DNA of 64,000 bases from an uncultured Thiotrichaceae bacterium (lineage in GTDB: Bacteria > Pseudomonadota > Gammaproteobacteria > SZUA-229). Below, one piece after another: positions 55,801 through 63,550 of the stretch. The stretch's first letter is position 1; every line of letters begins with the position of its first letter. The notes under the pieces were generated by a model, which searched no databases, was not told where the DNA came from, and was given only the letters and a program-made list of their open reading frames with translations. The translations under genes and the position numbers were made by a program. The DNA lies in the NCBI GenBank assembly GCA_964421315.1, contig CAYQXD010000001.1, forward strand, positions 1,464 through 65,463. Direction: 5' to 3'.

Positions 55801-56425
55801 GTAACTTTGCCAATTGTATGCCAATTTCTTCACGTAAATCTGACAGCCGCTCAAGATTCTCACGGGTATGCCGAATACGTGTTTCCGTTTCGCGCCGACG
55901 TTCTTTATATTTGGAGATGCCCGCAGCCTCCTCCAGAAAATGTCGCAACTCTTCAGGTTTGGCTTCAATTAAGCGTGATATCATGCCCTGCTCAATAATG
56001 GCGTAACTTCGTGGCCCTAAACCGGTTCCCAAAAAAAGGTCAGCAACATCACGTTTACGACAACGGGTGCCATTCAAACTGTATTTTGACGCACCATCGC
56101 GGCTGACCTGGCGTTTTACAGATATTTCAGCATAATTTGCATATTGCCCGCCTAACTTGCCTTCACTGTTATCAAATATCAGTTCTACCGCTGCCATGTC
56201 TATCGGTTTTCTTGCTGATGAACCGTTAAAAATAACATCATCCATTGAAGCACCACGAAGGTGTTTGGCCGAAGATTCGCCCATTACCCAGCGCACCGCA
56301 TCAATGGTATTGGATTTTCCACAGCCGTTAGGGCCGACAATACCGGTTAAATTACTGGGGAAATTAATGGTGGTTGCATCGACAAAAGACTTAAAACCAG
56401 CGAGCTTAATCTTGCTTAAACGCAT
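52868..56425 (-). CDS. smc: chromosome segregation protein SMC
   Basis: Start trimmed to MRLSKIKLAGFKSF. It has the Walker A GPNGCGKSN, long coiled coils, a hinge and the C-terminal LSGGEK. Confidence 0.9.
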   Translation of the reverse strand: MRLSKIKLAGFKSFVDATTINFPSNLTGIVGPNGCGKSNTIDAVRWVMGESSAKHLRGASMDDVIFNGSSARKPIDMAAVELIFDNSEGKLGGQYANYAEISVKRQVSRDGASKYSLNGTRCRKRDVADLFLGTGLGPRSYAIIEQGMISRLIEAKPEELRHFLEEAAGISKYKERRRETETRIRHTRENLERLSDLREEIGIQLAKLQRQSRSAERYKEFKQEERQLKAEHLTLHWRELKAELDIRDKEIQATETSLQQVIAQQRAAESEIESQRQQSTQSNEILNNVQAEYYRLGADISAKEQNIKHSQDLLQRQQTDLEQIQIALADAGHAILSDKQEVEECQQNLLSEQPKLEHLKAQEVASTEHYSTAEQAKQKWQQTWDEINQRYSAASQTAQLERSRMEQLERHVQQLQQRLQKIDVEKQALRGENLQEQISDLNILLTKSTTEKEEHEQQLSEAIANIKKTREQIVSKEQQSADVRRSIHQKQGSLSSMEALQEAALGKTDKAAQQWLEKNGISNNARFAEQLSVSEGWELAVETVLGDTLEAICVDNIEPFSSVFDSLKDSNLSLVESQRENTRTEAASTNASAAVSSEWLLAKVSSSVDTSQFLFGIRCSNNLDDALKVRSTLLNGESIITKDGIWLGANWIRIRRESDSNSGVLARENSIRELQQELTGHEAGAEKISAELTGLRGTLQTNEQQREEIQVVLNTIHSRLNEIKAQISARESRHQHITSRDKDLAVELEETQNLVNRDESDIATATRNRNAALENAEKMEADRKVLQEERDALQQQLQQYRTNLQQHRDQAHQLAIRVEGLKTRLSGLQHNIQRMEQAQTAQLQRKQSLESLLSQSVQPTQQLECELKTLLEQRLLSEEALSDARRKVENITQSLRALEQQRSEFEQNSQTVRTQLEKYRLDSQEIRVRSKTTLEQLAETEFELEKVLESLSQKEAEGEQASSKQWESKLSEVATKISRLGAINLAAIEEYKEQLQRKEYLDGQDKDVTAALTILEQAIAKIDKETRTRFKDTFDHVNSRIKDMFPRLFGGGTAFLEMTDDDLLNTGVTIMARPPGKRISNIHLMSGGEKALTAVALVFAIFELNPAPFCMLDEVDAPLDEANVGRFCQLVKEMSDRVQFIFITHNKTTMEMSEHLSGVTMRESGVSRLVSVDVAEAATMAGVGA

Positions 56426-56569
56426 CTTTTTTACTTGGTTGGGTTGGCTTGTTTGACCTAATATTAATAAGGTCATCTAAAGGGCGTAGTTTACATGACT
56501 GGCTAGCTATTATGAGTACGATTTAAGACTCTTTTTCAGGAAACTTTTACAGCCTTTAACTCCAGCTTA

Positions 56570-56717
56570 ATTAATGGTAACTTCTCAATAAGTCTGGGCG
56601 GCTCTATCTATACAGCCGTCTGTGGTCATGGATGACCACAGTCGAGCGACACAGGGATGTGCTTGAGCGTGCTGTATAGATAGAGCCGCCCAGACTTATT
56701 GAGAAGTTACCATTAAT
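56570..56717. repeat. Perfect 47-bp inverted repeat (arms 56570-56616 and 56671-56717) around a 54-bp spacer that contains a 20-bp palindrome. It is a MITE-like element in the smc/queF divergent intergenic region.
   Basis: Read directly: attaatggtaacttctcaataagtctgggcggctctatctatacagc and its exact reverse complement. The inner palindrome is tgtggtcatggatgaccaca. Confidence 0.9.
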
Positions 56718-56810
56718 GAGTATAAGCTACTGAAATCATTAACCTCATAACATGTAGCGTAATCAACATTAGCTAATAATAGTGTGTAATTAATTAGCCT
56801 GGTCTGTATA

Positions 56811-57230
56811 ATGCCGCCTTTATTTAGATCGAGCCTACCTATGACAAGCAAACCTTCAAAACAGCTGGAAACCTTTGAAAATCCAACACCGGAGCGTGAT
56901 TACACGATTCGTATTCGCCTGCCCGAATTCACCTGTTTGTGCCCTAAAACCGGACAACCTGACTTTGCCACACTGGATCTGGAATATGTACCGGAAAAAA
57001 GCTGTATCGAACTAAAATCGCTAAAAATGTACATCTGGTCATTTCGTGATGAGGGTGCTTTCCATGAAGCCGTCACCAATGAGATCCTGTCTGATCTGGT
57101 CAAGGCCTGTCAGCCACGCTTTATGCGCCTGACCGCAGAATTTAATGTTCGCGGTGGCGTTTACACCACTGTGGTGGCTGAACATAAAGATGCAAACTGG
57201 ACGGCACCAGCCGTTGTTTCCCTTCCTTAA
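56811..57230 (+). CDS. queF: NADPH-dependent 7-cyano-7-deazaguanine (preQ0) reductase, single-domain type
   Basis: It has the E(F/Y)TxLCPxTGQPD motif ([14 protein letters not shown]) and is 139 aa. Confidence 0.85.
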   Translation: MPPLFRSSLPMTSKPSKQLETFENPTPERDYTIRIRLPEFTCLCPKTGQPDFATLDLEYVPEKSCIELKSLKMYIWSFRDEGAFHEAVTNEILSDLVKACQPRFMRLTAEFNVRGGVYTTVVAEHKDANWTAPAVVSLP

Positions 57231-57232
57231 CA

Positions 57233-58594
57233 GTGGCATCGCTTGTTTTCCTCGGTATTGATATTGGTACGTCAGGTATTCGAGCAAGCTGTATTGATGC
57301 CGATGAAAACGAACTCATCAGTCATCATATTGCGTTTAAAACCAGGCAGCCCATGCCAAATAAACTCGTGGCAAATAAAAATGAACAAGATCCAAATACC
57401 TGGTTACAACTGCTCGATAAACTGCTCATTGAGATAACGTCGAACCTGCAAAATCTAAACAACAGTTATCGTATTGTTGCCATTTCAATCGACGGTACCT
57501 CAGGCACACTGATTGCCTGCAAAAAAGATGGGTCAGCACTCTCACCGGCTCTCATGTATAACGACCAGCAAAGTCAAAAACAGGCAGAAACAATTAAACG
57601 CTTTGCACCAGCCGACAGCGCCGTGCATGGTGCCAGCTCATCACTGGCTAAAGCCCTTAATCTTTTACAGCAATACCCGCAAACAGAAATATTCTGTTTT
57701 CAGGCAGACTGGCTGGCGGCACACTTAAGCGGAAAGTACGGCATTAGTGACGAAAATAATTGCCTGAAGCTAGGCTACGACAGCATCAATCAGTCCTGGC
57801 CCAGCTGGTTGCAAAATAATCGATTACAAAACAATAATGAGAATGCCGTTGTGCCAGCAGCATTACTACCTGTTGTTGTCACGCCCGGCACTAAAACAGG
57901 AACGGTAACAGCCGACTTAATAAAAAAATATAAGCTGGCTGAAGAATGCGCGGTAGTGGCAGGCACGACTGATAGCAATGCAGCGGTTTTAGCAACGGGA
58001 GCAAGCCAACTGGGCGATGCTGTGACTTCACTTGGCAGCACACTGGTAATTAAACTTTTTTCTGACAAACCCCTGTTTAGTCCAAAATACGGAATTTACA
58101 GCCATCGTCTGAACCAGCACTGGTTAGTTGGTGGCGCATCCAATTCTGGCGGCAGTGTTTTATTACAGCACTTCAGCCAGACTCAGTTAGACAGGATGAC
58201 ACCGCAACTCATGACATGGCAACTTAAGCCAGAACAAAAAACCGGATTAAATTATTACCCGCTACCAGGTATTGGTGAACGCTTCCCTGTTAATGACAGT
58301 AAAAAACAAAATAATACCAGCCCACGACCATCATCTGACTTAGAATTTTTTCAGGCTTTACTGGAAGGCATTGCCAATATCGAAGCAGAAGGTTATAAAA
58401 AACTAAAAGCACTGGGCGCAGTAACACCGACAAGAATTTTTACTACTGGTGGCGGCAATAAAAACACAGCCTGGAAAAAAATACGAGAACGAACAACAGG
58501 CATCGAAATATTCGATGCCGTTCATAGTGAGGCTTGTTATGGCAGTGCACTACTGGCAAAAAAAGGATATGGAAAAACAGTGGTAAATTGTTAA
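57233..58594 (+). CDS. FGGY-family carbohydrate kinase (substrate unknown)
   Basis: It has the N-terminal GIDIGTSGIR actin-fold motif and is 453 aa. Confidence 0.65.
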   Translation: MASLVFLGIDIGTSGIRASCIDADENELISHHIAFKTRQPMPNKLVANKNEQDPNTWLQLLDKLLIEITSNLQNLNNSYRIVAISIDGTSGTLIACKKDGSALSPALMYNDQQSQKQAETIKRFAPADSAVHGASSSLAKALNLLQQYPQTEIFCFQADWLAAHLSGKYGISDENNCLKLGYDSINQSWPSWLQNNRLQNNNENAVVPAALLPVVVTPGTKTGTVTADLIKKYKLAEECAVVAGTTDSNAAVLATGASQLGDAVTSLGSTLVIKLFSDKPLFSPKYGIYSHRLNQHWLVGGASNSGGSVLLQHFSQTQLDRMTPQLMTWQLKPEQKTGLNYYPLPGIGERFPVNDSKKQNNTSPRPSSDLEFFQALLEGIANIEAEGYKKLKALGAVTPTRIFTTGGGNKNTAWKKIRERTTGIEIFDAVHSEACYGSALLAKKGYGKTVVNC

Positions 58595-58623
58595 TGGTTA
58601 ATGAATAGTGAACAATGAAAAGA

Positions 58624-58701
58624 TCGTCTGTCATCTCGACCAGCGGGAGAGATCTTATTCTACTGTGGCAAAGATCTCTCCCGCTGGTCGAGATGACAGA
58701 C
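58624..58701. repeat. Perfect 32-bp-arm hairpin (loop 14 nt), 3' of the FGGY kinase gene
   Basis: Read directly: cgtctgtcatctcgaccagcgggagagatctt ... aagatctctcccgctggtcgagatgacagacg. Confidence 0.85.
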
Positions 58702-58711
58702 GAACTTTCGG

Positions 58712-58753
58712 TAACCATTAACCATTAACCATTAACCATTAACCATTAACCAT
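58712..58753. repeat. Heptanucleotide microsatellite (TAACCAT)x6 ending 13 bp upstream of the cysZ start codon
   Basis: Read directly: gtaaccattaaccattaaccattaaccattaaccattaaccattg. Confidence 0.95.
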
Positions 58754-58766
58754 TGTTTTATAAGTT

Positions 58767-59492
58767 ATGATTTCATTTATAAAAGGTTTTACCGATTGCT
58801 TCAGTGGCTTCGGCTTATTATTTAAACCCGGCATCAAACGTTTTATGCTCATTCCATTCATTATAAACCTTGGACTATTTTCACTGGCAATAAAATTATT
58901 AACGGATCAACTAAATATCTGGATAGAAAAATTATTACCCGGCTGGCTAAGCTGGCTGGAATGGTTAATCTGGCCTTTGTTTGCAATTGCTATGCTATTA
59001 ATTGTTTTCTATACCTTCACCGTTATTGCAAATCTTATTGCTGCACCTTTTAACAGCCTGCTGTCTGCAAGAATTGAAGCCCTGCTGACAGGTAGTAAAC
59101 CAGAAGACCTCAATACAGATGGTTTTATTAAACTAATAATACGAACAGTAAAATCAGAAATTCAAAAAATCCTGTATGCCATCAAATGGGCTATCCCTTT
59201 GCTCATCATCACCATCATACCGGTGGTTAACCTTATCGCTCCCTTTCTGTGGATTTTATTTGCCGCCTGGTTCTTTGCATTACAATACAATGACTACCCA
59301 TTAGCTAATCGCGGCCATTTTTTTGACGATGTAAAAGCCTATAGTCGAAAAAACCGAATGCGTTCACTGGGATTAGGTACCGCTGTTTTTCTATTAACCA
59401 GCATCCCCGGGGTTAATTTCTTCGCCATGCCGGTTGCCGTTGCTGGTGCAACAAAATCGACCTGTAAAATCAACAAACCTCACAAGGTATAA
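58767..59492 (+). CDS. cysZ: sulfate transporter CysZ
   Basis: It is collinear with E. coli CysZ (PGIKRFMLIPFIINL, TVIANLIAAPFNSLLSARIEALLTG, LWILFAAWFFALQYNDYP, FFAMPVAVAGAT). Confidence 0.85.
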   Translation: MISFIKGFTDCFSGFGLLFKPGIKRFMLIPFIINLGLFSLAIKLLTDQLNIWIEKLLPGWLSWLEWLIWPLFAIAMLLIVFYTFTVIANLIAAPFNSLLSARIEALLTGSKPEDLNTDGFIKLIIRTVKSEIQKILYAIKWAIPLLIITIIPVVNLIAPFLWILFAAWFFALQYNDYPLANRGHFFDDVKAYSRKNRMRSLGLGTAVFLLTSIPGVNFFAMPVAVAGATKSTCKINKPHKV

Positions 59493-59494
59493 CA

Positions 59495-59698
59495 ATGGAA
59501 AATCGAGTCACCGAACTGGAAATACGCTTAACACACCTTGAAGATACTATTGAGGTGTTAAGCCAGAGCATTATTAAACAGCATAATGAAATAGATAGCC
59601 TGCAATTACAGGTCTCTATTCTTGAAAAGAAAATAAAAACATCACAATCTTCGCCTGTGGCACACGAGAGTGAAGAAACGCCTCCACCACACTACTAA
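59495..59698 (+). CDS. slyX: SlyX-family protein
   Basis: The 67-aa coiled-coil protein begins MENRVTELEIRLTHLEDTIE. Confidence 0.8.
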   Translation: MENRVTELEIRLTHLEDTIEVLSQSIIKQHNEIDSLQLQVSILEKKIKTSQSSPVAHESEETPPPHY

Positions 59699-59764
59699 CA
59701 CTATACCCAGTGGGATAGTCACGGTTGATCTATAGAACTAATGACTGAATTCGGTCAGGAGCGG

Positions 59765-59908
59765 AAGTTGTAAGTTATAAGTTAAAAACGTTAAATCACG
59801 AATAGCACTAAAAAAACAATAGCTTATATTAACCACAAGTAAGAAACTTAATACTTACAACTTATAACTTACAACTTATAACTTACAACTTATAACTTAC
59901 AACTTATA
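59765..59908. repeat. Composite repeat: 14-bp unit ACTTACAACTTATA in 4 tandem copies (59853-59908) plus one inverted copy (59765-59783). It lies in the convergent slyX/hypothetical gene spacer.
   Basis: Read directly: the inverted copy is aagttgtaagttataagtt; the tandem copies read acttacaacttataacttacaacttata... Confidence 0.8.
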
Positions 59909-59933
59909 ACTATTATTCATAATTTTTATTTTC

Positions 59934-60494
59934 CTAAAGCACTCCACGAGTAACACGTTTAAACGTTTTCATCGCATCCGGTATTTCAATATCAATCACT
60001 TGATCGGGAATCCATTTATTGTCCTTCTCTCCCATTACATCGCGAACGTGTTCACCGGTACAACGGCGTACCTGAAACCCGGGTTGATTATCATCTTCAA
60101 AGATAAAGTTACTGTACTCACCCATGCGCTCATTCATTAAGCTTATATACTCAGCGCGAAAATCGGTTTCTTTGTCATCGGAAACATCACGGCGATTATC
60201 GTGCATGGTTTTAGCCAGGTTTAATGCCAGCGCTGTAATCAGTGCCTGTCGATCTTCTGCGGAATAATCTTTTGCAGAAATAACACGGTCAACAACGTGT
60301 ACCAGAAACGCAGTAAATTCAGCAATGACATCCAGGCGCATAAAATGGGTATCGGTTTGAAAACCCTCATTTTCCATGTGCATGATATTGGCACTTGCGA
60401 TTTTCCAGAAGTTAAAGCTCAAAACACTGCCAATTTCCTCATGAGTGCGTACTTTATCTTTGTCATTCCACTTATTTTTAACCCGAATTTTCAT
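59934..60494 (-). CDS. hypothetical protein (no recognised family)
   Basis: The ORF has its start trimmed to MKIRVKNKW. It is charged and soluble-looking, with no motif I can name. Confidence 0.45.
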   Translation of the reverse strand: MKIRVKNKWNDKDKVRTHEEIGSVLSFNFWKIASANIMHMENEGFQTDTHFMRLDVIAEFTAFLVHVVDRVISAKDYSAEDRQALITALALNLAKTMHDNRRDVSDDKETDFRAEYISLMNERMGEYSNFIFEDDNQPGFQVRRCTGEHVRDVMGEKDNKWIPDQVIDIEIPDAMKTFKRVTRGVL

Positions 60495-60574
60495 AATAAC
60501 CTCAATGAATGCATATGTACTGTTTTGCATTGAATAGTATACTGATAGAGTCAGTTATAAACACTATTCCCATA

Positions 60575-61630
60575 ATGGATATACCGCGACTAATCAATGA
60601 GGTACAGCACAATTGCCATATCTCGGATGCCAGACATGCCGGCAACTATACACTCTGCATCTATCTGTTGAAGATGCGAGAGTTTTATCGCTGGGAGCAT
60701 CAATATGCATTTAGTAAAAAATTATCAGTTGATGATATCGGTAACTGGCTAAGCAAACGTGAAGCATTTTGGGAAAAAATAGAAAATGAAGACTACCACT
60801 CGTTGCCAATAGCTGCCACTGAGCATGGCCCGTTTGACTCACAAGCAATCAACCAGAAGATCCTTTCTGAAAATCTGGTGTACAGCGGCGGTTACGGTGT
60901 TAAAAACAAACCGCATTTCTTTTTAGCTGACCTGGAAAAAAAACAAACCATAAGCGGTTACACAATATATATTAGCGGCAAAGAATACGCACGCGATCTA
61001 ACCTCACCGCCGGCAATGAGTCAGCACAAAACCATCTATATTCGTCGCGAATCTTTTAAACGTTTGATCTGGGAGCGTACCGACGAATGGCGCTGGAACA
61101 AACCGGAAAACGCCATGGCAAGAGCGATCCGTTGTTATGATTTTGATAACAACCTTGATAAGGCTTTATCTAATATGACCAATAACGAACTTGATGCCGC
61201 TATATTGCATGAAATTGGCGAAATTCAGGCGGGCGAAAAACTTGCTGGCTGGCAACAGATGATGTCCGACATCAGCTTCACCCAGGCAGAAATTATGGCA
61301 CGCGCTGTACGTGATCATTACGCAGACACTTTACACACACTACCGGACTTAATCAAAAACAACAATGTCGCATCAATTCATTTTTATTTTGCAAATTTGA
61401 CCCATATGCGTAAACACATCTTCCCTGCGCTAATGGATGCTTATAATGAATGGTGTGAAAACAAAAAAATAAGCACTATTGAGCAAACAGTTGCTGCATC
61501 TGTCGATCACTGGCAATATCTAGCTCAGCAGCTACTGGCCTTACATCAACAAGATGCCGAACAGTGCAGCATTAAAATTGAAACTCTGGTAAACAGGAAT
61601 AAATACTATGGTCTTAGGATCTGTCCGTAA
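60575..61630 (+). CDS. hypothetical protein (no recognised family), divergent from the preceding gene
   Basis: The ORF has its start trimmed to MDIPRLINEV. It is 351 aa, Trp/His-rich and soluble-looking. Its stop codon lies inside an inverted-repeat arm. Confidence 0.45.
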   Translation: MDIPRLINEVQHNCHISDARHAGNYTLCIYLLKMREFYRWEHQYAFSKKLSVDDIGNWLSKREAFWEKIENEDYHSLPIAATEHGPFDSQAINQKILSENLVYSGGYGVKNKPHFFLADLEKKQTISGYTIYISGKEYARDLTSPPAMSQHKTIYIRRESFKRLIWERTDEWRWNKPENAMARAIRCYDFDNNLDKALSNMTNNELDAAILHEIGEIQAGEKLAGWQQMMSDISFTQAEIMARAVRDHYADTLHTLPDLIKNNNVASIHFYFANLTHMRKHIFPALMDAYNEWCENKKISTIEQTVAASVDHWQYLAQQLLALHQQDAEQCSIKIETLVNRNKYYGLRICP

Positions 61631-61770
61631 ATAACTTGTACATATTGCGCCGGATTTTTGTTCGTATTCAAGGCGTGGTAATAGGCACATACCATTGGTT
61701 ATGTAACTGTTGCCACAAGGCAGAAGACGGACAAAAAGACAAGCAAGATGTACAAGTTATTTACGGACAG
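61621..61770. repeat. Perfect 23-bp inverted repeat (61621-61643 and 61748-61770) with a 104-bp spacer. The left arm contains the stop codon of the upstream gene.
   Basis: Read directly: ctgtccgtaaataacttgtacat ... atgtacaagttatttacggacag. Confidence 0.85.
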
Positions 61771-61909
61771 CTCCTTATATAAGAAAATTAAGTATATTGC
61801 GACTACCTGGGTGGTTTTTACATAAAGTTTTTTAATCTGCAAAACAGCCATGTTATCCTCACTGTCAGAACAGTAAGCTTAAAACTCCAGTCACCAATGA
61901 GGCAGCAAC

Positions 61910-63454
61910 ATGAAGAACCCCATCATTGCAGACAACAAACCCGTTAAAGTAAACCTTACTAAAGGTCAGGAGTATCATTTTTGTACCTGCGGAAGGTCAA
62001 AAAGCCAGCCTTTTTGTGATGGCTCACACGCTGGCACAAACTTCAAACCCAGAGTAATGGTTCCAGACGAAGACGGTGAAGCCTATTTATGCGCCTGTAA
62101 ACATACACGTAACACACCGTTCTGCGACGGCACACACAAACAGTTCACCGATAATCAGGTAGGCAAAGAAGGACCTGGCGTTGCTGAAGATAAAAACATT
62201 TTGCCAAAGGCGCGTGCAACCATCGAAGAACCCACAGTGGAATTCATACATCAATTAGCTGAAGAAGGTCTAAGCAAAATGGGGCAGCATGGGCCAATGA
62301 CAGCAATGGGTGTGCCTCGTAATCTACTCCCTCTCTGGGATGATATACAAATCATGGTGGCACAGCTTCATCAAAAACCGCTACTGGATGATGTCGACGT
62401 TGGCACTGAATTAGTCATTGGCCCTGAAAGCAAAAAACCGCTGCTATTAAAAATCCCGCTATTTGTTTCCGACATGAGTTTTGGCTCGTTATCGCAAGAA
62501 GCCAAAATAGCTTTGTCTAAAGGAGCCGAATTATCTGGCACTGGCATCTGTTCTGGTGAAGGCGGCATGCTGCCAGAAGAGCAACAGGAAAACAGTCACT
62601 ATTTCTATGAGCTGGCAACTGCAAAGTTCGGTTATAAAGAAAATTTGCTAAAAAAGGTACAGGCTTTTCATTTTAAAGGGGGGCAGGCCGCAAAAACCGG
62701 CACCGGAGGACATTTACCCGCAGTAAAAAATGTTGGTAGAATCGCTGAGATTCGAGGCATAACAGCAGGCGATGATGCAATATCACCGCCCACTTTCAGT
62801 GACCTGAATACACCCGCCGACTTCAAACATTTTGCCGATCGAGTACGCGAAATAAGCGGAGGAATTCCTGTTGGTTTTAAGCTCAGTGCCAATCACATTG
62901 AACGAGATATTGAATTTGCCTTACAGGCTAGCGCAGATTACATTATATTAGATGGCCGTGGTGGCGGCACCGGAGCAGCTCCTTTATTATTTCGCGATCA
63001 TATTTGTGTGCCCACCATTGCTGCACTCGCTCGCGCCAGACATTATCTAGGAAAACAAGGAGCAAGCGGAAAAGTAACCTTGATAATAACAGGCGGTCTA
63101 CGTGTGCCCAGTGACTTTATCAAAGCCATGGCACTGGGTGCAGACGGCATTGCTATTGCCAATAGTGCCATACAGTCAATTGGCTGCGTTGCTACAAGAA
63201 TATGTAATACCAACAACTGCCCTTCCGGTGTTGCAACACAAAAACCTGAGTTGAGAAAACTGTTAAATGTCGATAAATCAGCACAACGCCTATCTAATTT
63301 TTTTGATTCATCAGTAGAATTAATGCGAGTAATGGCAAGAGCATGCGGGCATTCTCATTTGAATCAATTTAACATGAATGATCTTGCTACCTTTAACCCT
63401 GTGCTGGCAAAATTATCAGGAATCGATTTTTCTGGATTTAATCCTGATAGATAA
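61910..63454 (+). CDS. fusion protein: two N-terminal CDGSH-type iron-sulfur domains plus a glutamate-synthase (GltS) FMN-binding-domain-like oxidoreductase
   Basis: The CDGSH motifs are CTCGRSKSQPFCDGSH and CACKHTRNTPFCDGTH. Downstream are PLFVSDMSFGSLSQEAK..SGEGGM.. and GGTGAAP.. blocks, which are typical of the Glu_synthase central domain. Confidence 0.75.
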   Translation: MKNPIIADNKPVKVNLTKGQEYHFCTCGRSKSQPFCDGSHAGTNFKPRVMVPDEDGEAYLCACKHTRNTPFCDGTHKQFTDNQVGKEGPGVAEDKNILPKARATIEEPTVEFIHQLAEEGLSKMGQHGPMTAMGVPRNLLPLWDDIQIMVAQLHQKPLLDDVDVGTELVIGPESKKPLLLKIPLFVSDMSFGSLSQEAKIALSKGAELSGTGICSGEGGMLPEEQQENSHYFYELATAKFGYKENLLKKVQAFHFKGGQAAKTGTGGHLPAVKNVGRIAEIRGITAGDDAISPPTFSDLNTPADFKHFADRVREISGGIPVGFKLSANHIERDIEFALQASADYIILDGRGGGTGAAPLLFRDHICVPTIAALARARHYLGKQGASGKVTLIITGGLRVPSDFIKAMALGADGIAIANSAIQSIGCVATRICNTNNCPSGVATQKPELRKLLNVDKSAQRLSNFFDSSVELMRVMARACGHSHLNQFNMNDLATFNPVLAKLSGIDFSGFNPDR

Positions 63455-63550
63455 ATTATGTAACTTCATTTGAAACAACATCACTAATTTTTTATTTTAC
63501 TGAGGGAGTACAACACTATGCAGATAAGCAGACACGGCCTTTCAATTCAT

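Noticed and set aside
56426-56476. Longer smc start (MTLLILGQTSQ..)
   Set aside because: SMC proteins begin M(R/K)L..I.L.GFKSF directly before the Walker A motif. The internal Met at 56425 fits, and the extension is not conserved in character.
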